A DNA stretch of 64,000 nt, taken from positions 2,943-66,942 of the forward strand of contig PKEY01000074.1 of NCBI GenBank assembly GCA_002919265.1, read 5' to 3'. The DNA comes from Hyphomicrobiaceae bacterium (GTDB lineage Bacteria > Pseudomonadota > Alphaproteobacteria > Rhizobiales > Hyphomicrobiaceae). A program made the position numbers and the translations under genes. Numbering within the stretch: position 1 is the first letter of the stretch; each line of letters begins with the position of its first letter. The notes under the pieces are model-generated. The model was not told the origin of the DNA, did no database searches, and saw nothing but the letters and a program-made list of their open reading frames with translations. Of the stretch, positions 27,916 to 35,914 are shown piece after piece.

Positions 27916-28989
27916 ATGGACCTGGCGCTCCTCACGCGCGCGCTTATCGTGCTGCTTGGTGTCTCTCTGCTCGTCGCCTGTGAGCAGAAGGGCGCAAGCA
28001 GACTTCCAGCGCTTGGCGCCCGCATCGACGAGACCTCCGTTTCGGGCATTTCCGCCGGGGCCTACATGGCGGGGCAGTTTCAGCTGGCCCACGGTCGCGA
28101 CGTGGTCGGAGCAGGAATTGTCGCGGGCGGTCCCTGGGGATGCGCGGAAAGTCTTTATGCTGACCTCATGCCGGGCCCGGGCACGGCGTTCCTCAATCTA
28201 TCCCGGGCGATAAATGGCTGCATGTTGAACGCCCTTGAGCCCTGGGGGATTCCCAACCCCACATGGCTTGCCCACCGTGCCGGGCAGCTCGCCGCGCAGG
28301 ACAAGATCGATCCCATCGCCTCAGTTCGTAACGACCGGATCTACTTGTTCTCCGGCAAGAATGATCGGACGGTCGTTCCGTCCATCGTCGCGGCAGCGCG
28401 CGATTTCTACTCGGCCATCGGCGTCGATCCGAGCAGGATACTGTTTGTCAACGACATATCGGCCGGCCATGCGTTCGTCACCGAGGACAAGGGCGGAGCC
28501 TGCGGCGAGACAGATGCGCCGTATATCGTCGATTGCGACTACGACATGGCCGGCGCGCTCCTCGGCCACATCTACGGCGATTTGAATCCCAAGGCGGCCG
28601 AGCCGGCTGGAGAAATAGTCATTTTCAACCAGTCCGAATTTTTAGAAGACCTCAGCACGCATGGCATGGCTGACGCGGGGGCGGTCTACATTTCTCCCAG
28701 CTGCCGCGATGCAGGGGGCTGCCGGATTCACGTCGTCTTTCATGGCTGTGGGCAGAACATGTCAGTCGTCGGCCAGTCGTTCATCACAGATACCGGCTTT
28801 CTGAATTGGGCCGACACAAACCGTTTGATCGTGCTTTTCCCGCAGGTGAGCAGCACACCTGCCAATCCACAGGCCTGCTGGGATTGGTGGGGTTATACGG
28901 GACGCCAGTTCCTGACGCGCGATGCGCCGCAGATCGTTGCAGTCAGGCGCATGCTGCAGCGATTGGCCGCAACGCCGTCCATGATCTAG
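27916..28989 (+). CDS. PHB-depolymerase-family esterase, predicted lipoprotein
   Basis: ATG at 27916 follows GAGAAAGG. Lipobox LLVAC. Serine-nucleophile motif GISAGAYM. C-terminal ACWDWWGY motif is typical of the esterase/PHB-depolymerase family. Confidence 0.75.
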   Translation: MDLALLTRALIVLLGVSLLVACEQKGASRLPALGARIDETSVSGISAGAYMAGQFQLAHGRDVVGAGIVAGGPWGCAESLYADLMPGPGTAFLNLSRAINGCMLNALEPWGIPNPTWLAHRAGQLAAQDKIDPIASVRNDRIYLFSGKNDRTVVPSIVAAARDFYSAIGVDPSRILFVNDISAGHAFVTEDKGGACGETDAPYIVDCDYDMAGALLGHIYGDLNPKAAEPAGEIVIFNQSEFLEDLSTHGMADAGAVYISPSCRDAGGCRIHVVFHGCGQNMSVVGQSFITDTGFLNWADTNRLIVLFPQVSSTPANPQACWDWWGYTGRQFLTRDAPQIVAVRRMLQRLAATPSMI

Positions 28990-29100
28990 GGCAAAGTACG
29001 CGCTTCATTCTCCTGTACTTGGGCGCGTACCAATGCACGTAGCGAGCCGGGTGAGCCAAGTTCGCCGGCCGAGTGCGAGGGGACTATACGGGGGGTCATC

Positions 29101-30069
29101 ATGGTCGCTGTGCCTGCTGGGCTTTCGCGGGCTGTCAAACTCGGTCGACGGATCAATAGAGATGGCGCCGCTGCGGTTCTGGGATTGACTGCGCTCGTCA
29201 CCTGGATAGCCGTGCCGAGCCCTTTTCCCGTATCGGTTCAGGCCAACACTCAGATGGAGGAGCGTACGGCCGCGACCGAGCCGGCGCAGCCTTCTGAGGC
29301 CGAACGCGGCGTGCGGCGCGAGCACAAGTTCGGTGGCTACGGTGGCGTTTCCTACACGCATCCGAGCACAGTCAGAATTGTTAATCCCGGTGTGACCGAC
29401 CTGACCGTCAGCGATTTCAATTGGATCGGCCGGCCGTTCAAAGCGCCGATCTACTACGGTTTACGCACACAGCATTGGCTGCCGGATGCGTTAACTGGCA
29501 CCATGGTCGACTTCACCCACGCCAAAGCCATTGCGGTGAAGGAGGACGTGGCGACGCTTTCCGGCATTCTGAACGGCGAGCCGGTGCCGCCGAAAGCCAA
29601 GGTGGGCGAAGTCTTTAGGCATCTCGAGTTCAGCCACGGCCACAACATGCTGACTTTGAACGGCATGGTGCGTGCGCCAGCTTCGTGGCTCCCCGTAAGG
29701 CCATATTTCGGAATTGGCGCCGGGGCCTCCTTCCCACACACGGAAGTGGGACTGGTAGCCGAGCAAGGTAAGCGCACCTACGAATACCAATTCGCCGGAT
29801 TTGCTGGGCAGGTGCTGGCCGGCATTGAGATACCCTTGGGCCGGACGTCGCTGTTCTTCGAATACAAGTTCTCCTACGCACCCTACAGTGTGCCGCTCTC
29901 GCACGAACACTACGGCTGGGTGTTCGTCACCGACGTCTGGCGGCAGTTCCGCGCGTGGTGGAATGGCGAGAAGCCACCGGGCGGTACTCTGACCACGACG
30001 CTTGCCACGCATCACGCCATCAGCGGACTGATGGTGCGCACGAACTCTGCGGTGCCGGTAAAGAAGTAG
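29101..30069 (+). CDS. Putative outer-membrane beta-barrel protein (possibly lipid A oxidase LpxQ-like)
   Basis: N-terminal hydrophobic signal-like segment. Alternating aromatic/Gly-rich strands (GGYGGVSYTH, APIYYGLRTQHW, VDFTHAKAIA, SLFFEYKFSYAPY). The LpxQ resemblance is from memory only. Confidence 0.45.
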   Translation: MVAVPAGLSRAVKLGRRINRDGAAAVLGLTALVTWIAVPSPFPVSVQANTQMEERTAATEPAQPSEAERGVRREHKFGGYGGVSYTHPSTVRIVNPGVTDLTVSDFNWIGRPFKAPIYYGLRTQHWLPDALTGTMVDFTHAKAIAVKEDVATLSGILNGEPVPPKAKVGEVFRHLEFSHGHNMLTLNGMVRAPASWLPVRPYFGIGAGASFPHTEVGLVAEQGKRTYEYQFAGFAGQVLAGIEIPLGRTSLFFEYKFSYAPYSVPLSHEHYGWVFVTDVWRQFRAWWNGEKPPGGTLTTTLATHHAISGLMVRTNSAVPVKK

Positions 30070-30080
30070 CGAGGCAGGCC

Positions 30081-30104
30081 GGGTGCCGAAGAGAGCCGGC
30101 ACCC
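30081..30104. terminator. Hairpin between convergent genes (no U-tract)
   Basis: GGGTGCCG / CGGCACCC form 8 bp with an 8-nt loop. It lies between the stop at 30069 and the convergent stop at 30115. Confidence 0.3.
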
Positions 30105-30114
30105 AGCTGAGTGT

Positions 30115-30939
30115 CTAGCCGTCCAGCTTCGGCCGATAGTCCGGTGTGCCCCAGTGACGGATCTGCGGTCGCTCGGGCCGCTCTTCTGCCGGCAGCATCC
30201 CGTAGTGGCGCGCCAGCCGCGTAAGTGCGAGCTGTAGCACCACCTTTCCGGATCGCTGTGGCCAGCCAGCGTCACGCTCCGCTTCCTCCAGCCCTTTGAG
30301 GTGACAGCAGACGTCGATGAGGATGCCGGAGAGCTCCGGCCCGACTGCCTTCAGCGCCAACCGCACACGCTCGCGGGCTGCCACGACGTGGTCCTGCAAC
30401 TCGACACCAGCCCCGGGGGCGGCGCGCCGTTGCCTGCGGCTCGGAACAATAGCGTCCCAGGCGGCCGTCACTCTGGGCGTCATCTGGGCGAAATGGAAGT
30501 CCGCCCGCAGACGTTCGCCAGCATCGAACTGTTCCTGCGAAATGAGCGGGTTTCCATCCTTGTCGCGACGTTTCCGCAGCCAGGCGAGCGGGCTTTCGTT
30601 TTCATTGAAGGCCGGCTTTGCTTGGCTACGGCGCGCAGAGCCCTTTTCGACTTTGGCGCTCGAGCAGGCTGCAGCCTCGGCCTGCTGCGAAATCGCGGCG
30701 CGTACGACGGCGATCCCCTTGCGCGTCGCGCCAAGCTTGTTCTCGCCAAGGTCGCGCAGCCAGCCGGCCTCGATGGCCGCCGCAAGCCGCTCGCGGTCGA
30801 CGGTCCCGACAGGCTTCCTGAAGTGATTACGTGGCGTGAAGGCTTCCGCTCCATCCGGGGTAAGCTTGAGGAACGAGCCTCGACGCGCGAGCACGCGAAG
30901 CCATGCAGGCGCGCCCGTGGTGCGTTCGAGATCACGCAT
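30115..30939 (-). CDS. Conserved hypothetical protein, overlapping partner of the DnaA_C-like HTH gene (DUF6456/GafZ-like?)
   Basis: 274 aa. The start overlaps the upstream stop by 8 nt. The C-terminal half looks helix-turn-helix or sigma-region-4-like. The family assignment is from memory only. Confidence 0.55.
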   Translation of the reverse strand: MRDLERTTGAPAWLRVLARRGSFLKLTPDGAEAFTPRNHFRKPVGTVDRERLAAAIEAGWLRDLGENKLGATRKGIAVVRAAISQQAEAAACSSAKVEKGSARRSQAKPAFNENESPLAWLRKRRDKDGNPLISQEQFDAGERLRADFHFAQMTPRVTAAWDAIVPSRRQRRAAPGAGVELQDHVVAARERVRLALKAVGPELSGILIDVCCHLKGLEEAERDAGWPQRSGKVVLQLALTRLARHYGMLPAEERPERPQIRHWGTPDYRPKLDG

Positions 30940-31414
30940 CCCACAATTCCTCGTCTTCTTCCGGAGCAGGAGCGGCGGGCAGGCAGAAGGTGAGGATTTT
31001 CGTTATGTTTTCGAGCAGCTGCAGCGCCCGATCGAACTCGGGATCCTCGCGCCGGTCTTCGACGACCTGGCAGGCATGCGAAACCGTCGTTCGATCGCGG
31101 CCGAAAAGTTCTCCAGTTTCGGTCAAGCTCAGACCGCAAGATACGTGAGCCAGATACATCGCGACCTGCCGGGCGATGGCCACGCGAGCCCGCCCGCGGG
31201 TCGGCATCCGAATGTGATCGAGTTCAACGTCAAAAACGCGCGTGACAGTTTCTTCAAGCAGCTCCTTGAGGTCTGGAGGAAGTTGTTTCTTGCGCGAGCG
31301 CCGTCGGCAGCAGGTCTTTGAGCGGGTCCGCTGTGATGACGTCTCGATGTACATGGTTATTGCCCCCAATACTGTCGTTTCGTCGGGGTGCGCCCCCGAA
31401 CTTATTGGAGCCAT
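30932..31414 (-). CDS. DnaA C-terminal-domain-like helix-turn-helix protein (GafY-like?)
   Basis: RVAIARQVAMYLAHVSCGLSLTETGELFGRDRTTVSHACQVVEDRRE matches the Bac_DnaA_C pattern. An alternative ATG at 31354 (MYIETSS) sits behind GGGGG. Confidence 0.7.
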   Translation of the reverse strand: MAPISSGAHPDETTVLGAITMYIETSSQRTRSKTCCRRRSRKKQLPPDLKELLEETVTRVFDVELDHIRMPTRGRARVAIARQVAMYLAHVSCGLSLTETGELFGRDRTTVSHACQVVEDRREDPEFDRALQLLENITKILTFCLPAAPAPEEDEELWDA

Positions 31415-31652
31415 GAGAATATTGCTCCGAGCCCGGTGACGACGGGGGCATGTTAGGGTTTAGGTGAACGGCGGGGATAAGTGCGACTGAGGTTAGTTTC
31501 GATCTGTCCAGTGTACCGTTTTGTAACAAATCGTGCGGGCCGGAGTGGCACTCCGCAACCTGTGTAGCTGATGTCCCGAGCATAGGCCGAAGTTATCCCC
31601 ACATGAGCGGCTGGTGCGAAACTTGGCTCTCCTTCAGGTCAGGAGTTCGACG

Positions 31653-32114
31653 ATGGAGAGCGTCGCAGGCAATAATCTCATCCGTGCACGGAAATATAGA
31701 TCGGCTCGGGAACGCGCATCCCGCTCCGCAGGCAAAAACAACAAGCCCGTTTCCCGGCGGGACCTGACTTACGATCGCAAAAGGGATCTTCCAGGGCTGA
31801 TCGCGCTATGGCCGTGGGAGATTGAGGATGAAAGTCTTCAGGGGCATCGAAAGATAGTCGATCTCCTGCAGCGCGCGCTTCGACTCGAACGGAAACGTGG
31901 GATCGGACGACACTGGACCTACGACGTCGCGCGGCATGCTCGTCTGCTCGCCGCCTATCGTGCTGAATCCGCAGCGTTGAATGCCAGGCTGCGGGCTTCA
32001 GCTCGCGAGACGGGGAAGCGCCATGAGCAGACGGGGACGAACGTGCCAGCCGAACTACAGTCCAACTCAGAAAGCATTGGCGGGCTGGGCTGCAATTCCC
32101 GCGCTATGGGCTAA
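31653..32114 (+). CDS. Hypothetical basic protein (153 aa)
   Basis: ATG at 31653 lies 7 nt after AGGAG. It is divergent from the HTH pair. No motif recognised. Confidence 0.5.
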   Translation: MESVAGNNLIRARKYRSARERASRSAGKNNKPVSRRDLTYDRKRDLPGLIALWPWEIEDESLQGHRKIVDLLQRALRLERKRGIGRHWTYDVARHARLLAAYRAESAALNARLRASARETGKRHEQTGTNVPAELQSNSESIGGLGCNSRAMG

Positions 32115-32165
32115 AGAAGAAGGACGGGACCGATTACGCGGTGCAAGGAGCAGATCGATTGGCAC

Positions 32166-32195
32166 GAAAAAGCCCGGAGAAGGGCTCTCCGGGCT
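32166..32195 (-). terminator. Rho-independent terminator of mucR
   Basis: AGCCCGGAGA / TCTCCGGGCT form 10 bp with a 5-nt loop. On the minus strand it is followed by UUUUU, 15 nt after the mucR stop. Confidence 0.8.
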
Positions 32196-32210
32196 TCACC
32201 GCTAGACTGA

Positions 32211-32633
32211 TTATGATGCCTCACGGCGCGTGCCGAGACCCATCTTCTTGGCCAACGCCGAGCGGGCAGCGGCATAGTTGGGTGCTACCATCGGATAATC
32301 CGGCGGCAAACCCCACTTCTCGCGATATTCTTCCGGCGTGAGATTGTAGTGCGTGCGCAGGTGCCGCTTGAGCGACTTGAATTTCTTTCCGTCCTCCAAG
32401 CAAATGATGTAGTCCGGTGTCACCGAACGCTTGATCGGAATCGCAGGCTTCAGCTCTTCACGCTCAGCCGGAGCTGAATTCGAGCTGACGCGGGTAAGTG
32501 CCTGGTGGACGTTCTGTATCAGTCCCGGCAGTTCTGAAGGGTTGATTGTATTGTTACTTACATAGGCAGAAACAATTTCAGCAGTCAGCCCGACGAGTTC
32601 TGTTTTGGCCAGCTCGTCTACTTTCTTTTCCAT
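32211..32633 (-). CDS. mucR: MucR/Ros family zinc-finger transcriptional regulator
   Basis: AEIVSAYVSNN ... RSVTPDYIICLEDGKKFKSLKRHLRTHYNLTPEEYREKWGLPPDYPMVAPNYA is the Ros/MucR signature. ATG at 32633; the track starts 2 codons earlier at a GTG. Confidence 0.92.
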   Translation of the reverse strand: MEKKVDELAKTELVGLTAEIVSAYVSNNTINPSELPGLIQNVHQALTRVSSNSAPAEREELKPAIPIKRSVTPDYIICLEDGKKFKSLKRHLRTHYNLTPEEYREKWGLPPDYPMVAPNYAAARSALAKKMGLGTRREAS

Positions 32634-33200
32634 TCTCACAACCCCCAGAAGTGCTTTTTTGAGAGCGGAAGAGCCGGTTGGAAAGCAAAGCCCTCGGTTG
32701 GCGCAGTTAAGCCGCCCCCAGTCAGCCTACACATGAAAAGAAGAGCAAGTTCTTGGACAACAAAAACGCGTAGCTGTCAATGCTTGCAAGGCTCTAATCA
32801 GACGTTTTGTAATTAAAAAAGTATTGGAATTCGCCTCAAACTCGGTGAGGCAGTAAGTATTACGCGCGCATAAGCTGCAATCAAGACGTAGTTCCACAGT
32901 TTAGAGGTATACGGTTGGGTTTGATAGATCTGCAGAACTCAGAATCTAGCAGGGAGAGAGACTCGGGCCAAAAAAAGGCAAGCGGCTGCATGCCACCTAT
33001 GAGCTAAATGAAGGTTAGAGTTTGGCGGGGAACAAACAATTGCTACCAGGGGCATCGTCAACCCTGTTGGTGACCAGGAAACTGCTGCTCGGTCACGAGA
33101 TGGCTCCTACTAGCCGGAGTGAGTTCATATATGGGACAAGACGGAGCCATCCCGAGCGGAGACCGTAGGGCTCTGCTGCAGCTTAAGCGGGAGCTACATC

Positions 33201-33629
33201 ATGCAGGACAAGTCGACGACCCGGTCTCATCCCCAAATCGTCAAGTCCGATACCGAGTGGCGGCGACAGTTGACGCCGGAGCAGTACTATGTGACCCGGC
33301 AGCATGGCACGGAGCGCGCGTTCACGCACCCGTATTACAAGGAAAAGCGTGCCGGCACGTACCATTGCGTTTGCTGTGGCGCGCCGCTCTTCTCGTCCGA
33401 AGACAAGTTCGATTCGGGAACGGGCTGGCCAAGCTACGCGCGGCCCGTCGACCCTGAAGCCGTCACGGAGCACGAGGACAGGTCATTCTTCATGCGACGC
33501 ACCGAGGTCCGCTGCGCGAGGTGCGATGCTCATTTGGGGCACTTGTTTCCTGATGGCCCGGCACCGACGGGCTTGCGTTACTGCATCAACGGCGTCGCGC
33601 TACAGTTCAGGCCGAAGGAAGGCCCATAG
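33201..33629 (+). CDS. msrB: Peptide-methionine (R)-S-oxide reductase MsrB
   Basis: Two CxxC zinc motifs ([19 protein letters not shown]) and GWPSY ... RYCINGVAL. Confidence 0.95.
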   Translation: MQDKSTTRSHPQIVKSDTEWRRQLTPEQYYVTRQHGTERAFTHPYYKEKRAGTYHCVCCGAPLFSSEDKFDSGTGWPSYARPVDPEAVTEHEDRSFFMRRTEVRCARCDAHLGHLFPDGPAPTGLRYCINGVALQFRPKEGP

Positions 33630-33695
33630 CCGGCCCGTTGATGTTGTCCGCTGATCTCGACCTGAAAGCCGATTTCCAACCCGGAGTGACACTCG

Positions 33696-35834
33696 ATGGA
33701 TGCTACTGCCCGTGCCAAGTCCGCTTCTGCCGATACTGTGCTTCCGCCCCGGGCTAAGAAGCAGCCGGTGAAGTCCGTCTGGCACGGCGTAGAGCTCGTT
33801 GACAATTACGCCTGGCTGCGCGCGGAGAACTGGCAGGAGGTGATGCGCGATCCCTCCGTGTTGCCGGCCGACATTCGGGCGCATCTCGAAGCGGAGAATG
33901 CCTACACCGAGGCGGTGATGGCGGACACCCGCGAGCTACAGGAGCAGCTCTTTCAGGAAATGAAGGGCCGGATCAAGGAGGACGACAGCTCGGTTCCCGC
34001 GCCGGACGGCCCGTGGGAGTACTACACGCGCTATGTCACGGGTGGGCAATATCCGTTGGTTTGCCGCCGGCCGCGCGGTGGAGGCCCCGAGCAAGTGCTT
34101 CTCGACGGCAACAAGGAGGCCGAGGGCAAGTCTTATTGGCATCTCGGCGGCGCGTCTCACAGCTTCGACCACAAGCTGCTGGCCTATGCCGTCGACGATA
34201 AAGGCTCGGAGCTTTACACGATCCGCGTGCGCAACCTCGAAACGGGCGAGGACCTGCCCGACGTTATCGTCAACACGCGGGGCGATATGGTGTGGGCGAA
34301 CGATCATCGCTCGCTGTTCTACATTCGCCTCGACGAACATCAGCGCCCGCGCTTCGTCTGCAAGCATCTGGTCGGCAGCCCGAGCGAGCAGGACGCAACG
34401 GTCTACTGCGAGCCGGATGCGGGCTTTTACATCGGGATCGGTTACACGCAGTCGCGCAAGTTCATCATCATCGACGCCCACGATCATCAGACGAACGAGG
34501 TTTACCTCATCGACACGGATGACCCAGATGGGTCGATGCGCCTCATTTCAGCGCGACAGACGGGTCACGAGTACGGCGTCGAGCACCACGACGACGAGCT
34601 CATCATCACCACGAACTCAGGTGGCGCCGAGGATTTCCGCATCTGCACGGCACCGCTCAGTGATCCGCAGATGGCGAACTGGAAGGATCTGGTTCCGCAC
34701 AAACCCGGACGGCTGATCCTGGAAACGGTGGCGTTCAAGGATCATCTCGTGCGCCTGGAGCGCGAAGACGGACTGCCCCGGATCGTCATTCGCCGGTTTG
34801 CGGATGGAGCGGAGCATGCCATTGCCTTCGAGGAGGAGGCTTACTCGCTCGGCATCTCTCCGGGTTACGAATACGACACCACGACCTTGCGCTTTACGTA
34901 CTCGTCGATGACCACGCCGGCGCAGGTTTTCGACTACGATATGGAGACCCGGACGCGGGTGTTACGGAAGATGCAGGAGGTGCCGAGTGGGCACAACCCG
35001 GATGATTATGTGACCAAGCGGCTGTTTGCGCCTGCGCCCGACGGCGAAACCGTACCAATTAGTCTGCTTTATCGAAAGGGCACGCCGATCGACGGCTCGG
35101 CGCCTTTGCTTCTTTACGGCTACGGCAGCTACGGGATTTCAATTCCGGCGAGTTTCTCCATTACGCGGCTTTCGCTAGTGGACCGCGGATTTATTTACGC
35201 TATTGCGCATATTCGCGGTGGCAAGGAAAAGGGCTACCGCTGGTACAAGCAGGGCAAGCACAAGACAAAGCTCAATACGTTCACGGATTTCATCGCGGCT
35301 GGCGAATATTTGGCTGCGAGCGGTTATACGCGCCGGGGACGGATCATCGCTAATGGCGGCTCGGCGGGTGGCATGCTGGTCGGCGCGGCGGTGAACATGG
35401 CGCCCGACCTTTTCCTCGCCGTGATTGCCGACGTGCCGTTCGTGGACGTGCTCAATACGATGCTGGATAAAGACTTGCCGCTCACGCCACCGGAATGGCC
35501 GGAATGGGGCAATCCAATCGAGTCGAAGGAAGATTTCGAACTGATCCGATCCTACAGCCCCTATGACAACGTCGAACGCAAGGTTTACCCGCATATCCTT
35601 GCATTTGCGGGGCTGACCGATCCACGCGTCACCTACTGGGAGCCGGCCAAGTGGGTGGCGAAACTGCGCGAGCTGAAGCAGGGCGATAACCTCTTGCTCC
35701 TCAAGATCAATATGGAGGCTGGGCACGGCGGCGCATCGGGTCGTTTCGAACAATTACGCGAAGTGGCGTTTGACTATGCGTTCGCGCTGAAAGTGGCAGG
35801 ACTCGCAGGCTTTCCCGCCTCGCCAGCAGCATGA
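33696..35834 (+). CDS. ptrB: Oligopeptidase B (S9A prolyl-oligopeptidase family)
   Basis: 712 aa. A beta-propeller N-half followed by a hydrolase domain with the nucleophile motif GGSAGGMLVG. N-terminal HGVELVDNYAWLR. Confidence 0.85.
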   Translation: MDATARAKSASADTVLPPRAKKQPVKSVWHGVELVDNYAWLRAENWQEVMRDPSVLPADIRAHLEAENAYTEAVMADTRELQEQLFQEMKGRIKEDDSSVPAPDGPWEYYTRYVTGGQYPLVCRRPRGGGPEQVLLDGNKEAEGKSYWHLGGASHSFDHKLLAYAVDDKGSELYTIRVRNLETGEDLPDVIVNTRGDMVWANDHRSLFYIRLDEHQRPRFVCKHLVGSPSEQDATVYCEPDAGFYIGIGYTQSRKFIIIDAHDHQTNEVYLIDTDDPDGSMRLISARQTGHEYGVEHHDDELIITTNSGGAEDFRICTAPLSDPQMANWKDLVPHKPGRLILETVAFKDHLVRLEREDGLPRIVIRRFADGAEHAIAFEEEAYSLGISPGYEYDTTTLRFTYSSMTTPAQVFDYDMETRTRVLRKMQEVPSGHNPDDYVTKRLFAPAPDGETVPISLLYRKGTPIDGSAPLLLYGYGSYGISIPASFSITRLSLVDRGFIYAIAHIRGGKEKGYRWYKQGKHKTKLNTFTDFIAAGEYLAASGYTRRGRIIANGGSAGGMLVGAAVNMAPDLFLAVIADVPFVDVLNTMLDKDLPLTPPEWPEWGNPIESKEDFELIRSYSPYDNVERKVYPHILAFAGLTDPRVTYWEPAKWVAKLRELKQGDNLLLLKINMEAGHGGASGRFEQLREVAFDYAFALKVAGLAGFPASPAA

Positions 35835-35914
35835 TGCAGCCGCGGGGCCTTTGTGCGGGCGTGATCGCTCATAATCAGCACCGCTGAAGAAAAGGATGGT
35901 CGAGGTGGTGAAAT

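Noticed and set aside
30301-31139. Alternative-frame ORFs (30301..30993 plus strand, 30480..31139 minus strand, and others) over the HTH/partner pair
   Set aside because: They are Arg/Ala/Ser-rich overlapping frames. The chosen frames carry the DnaA_C motif and show start/stop coupling.
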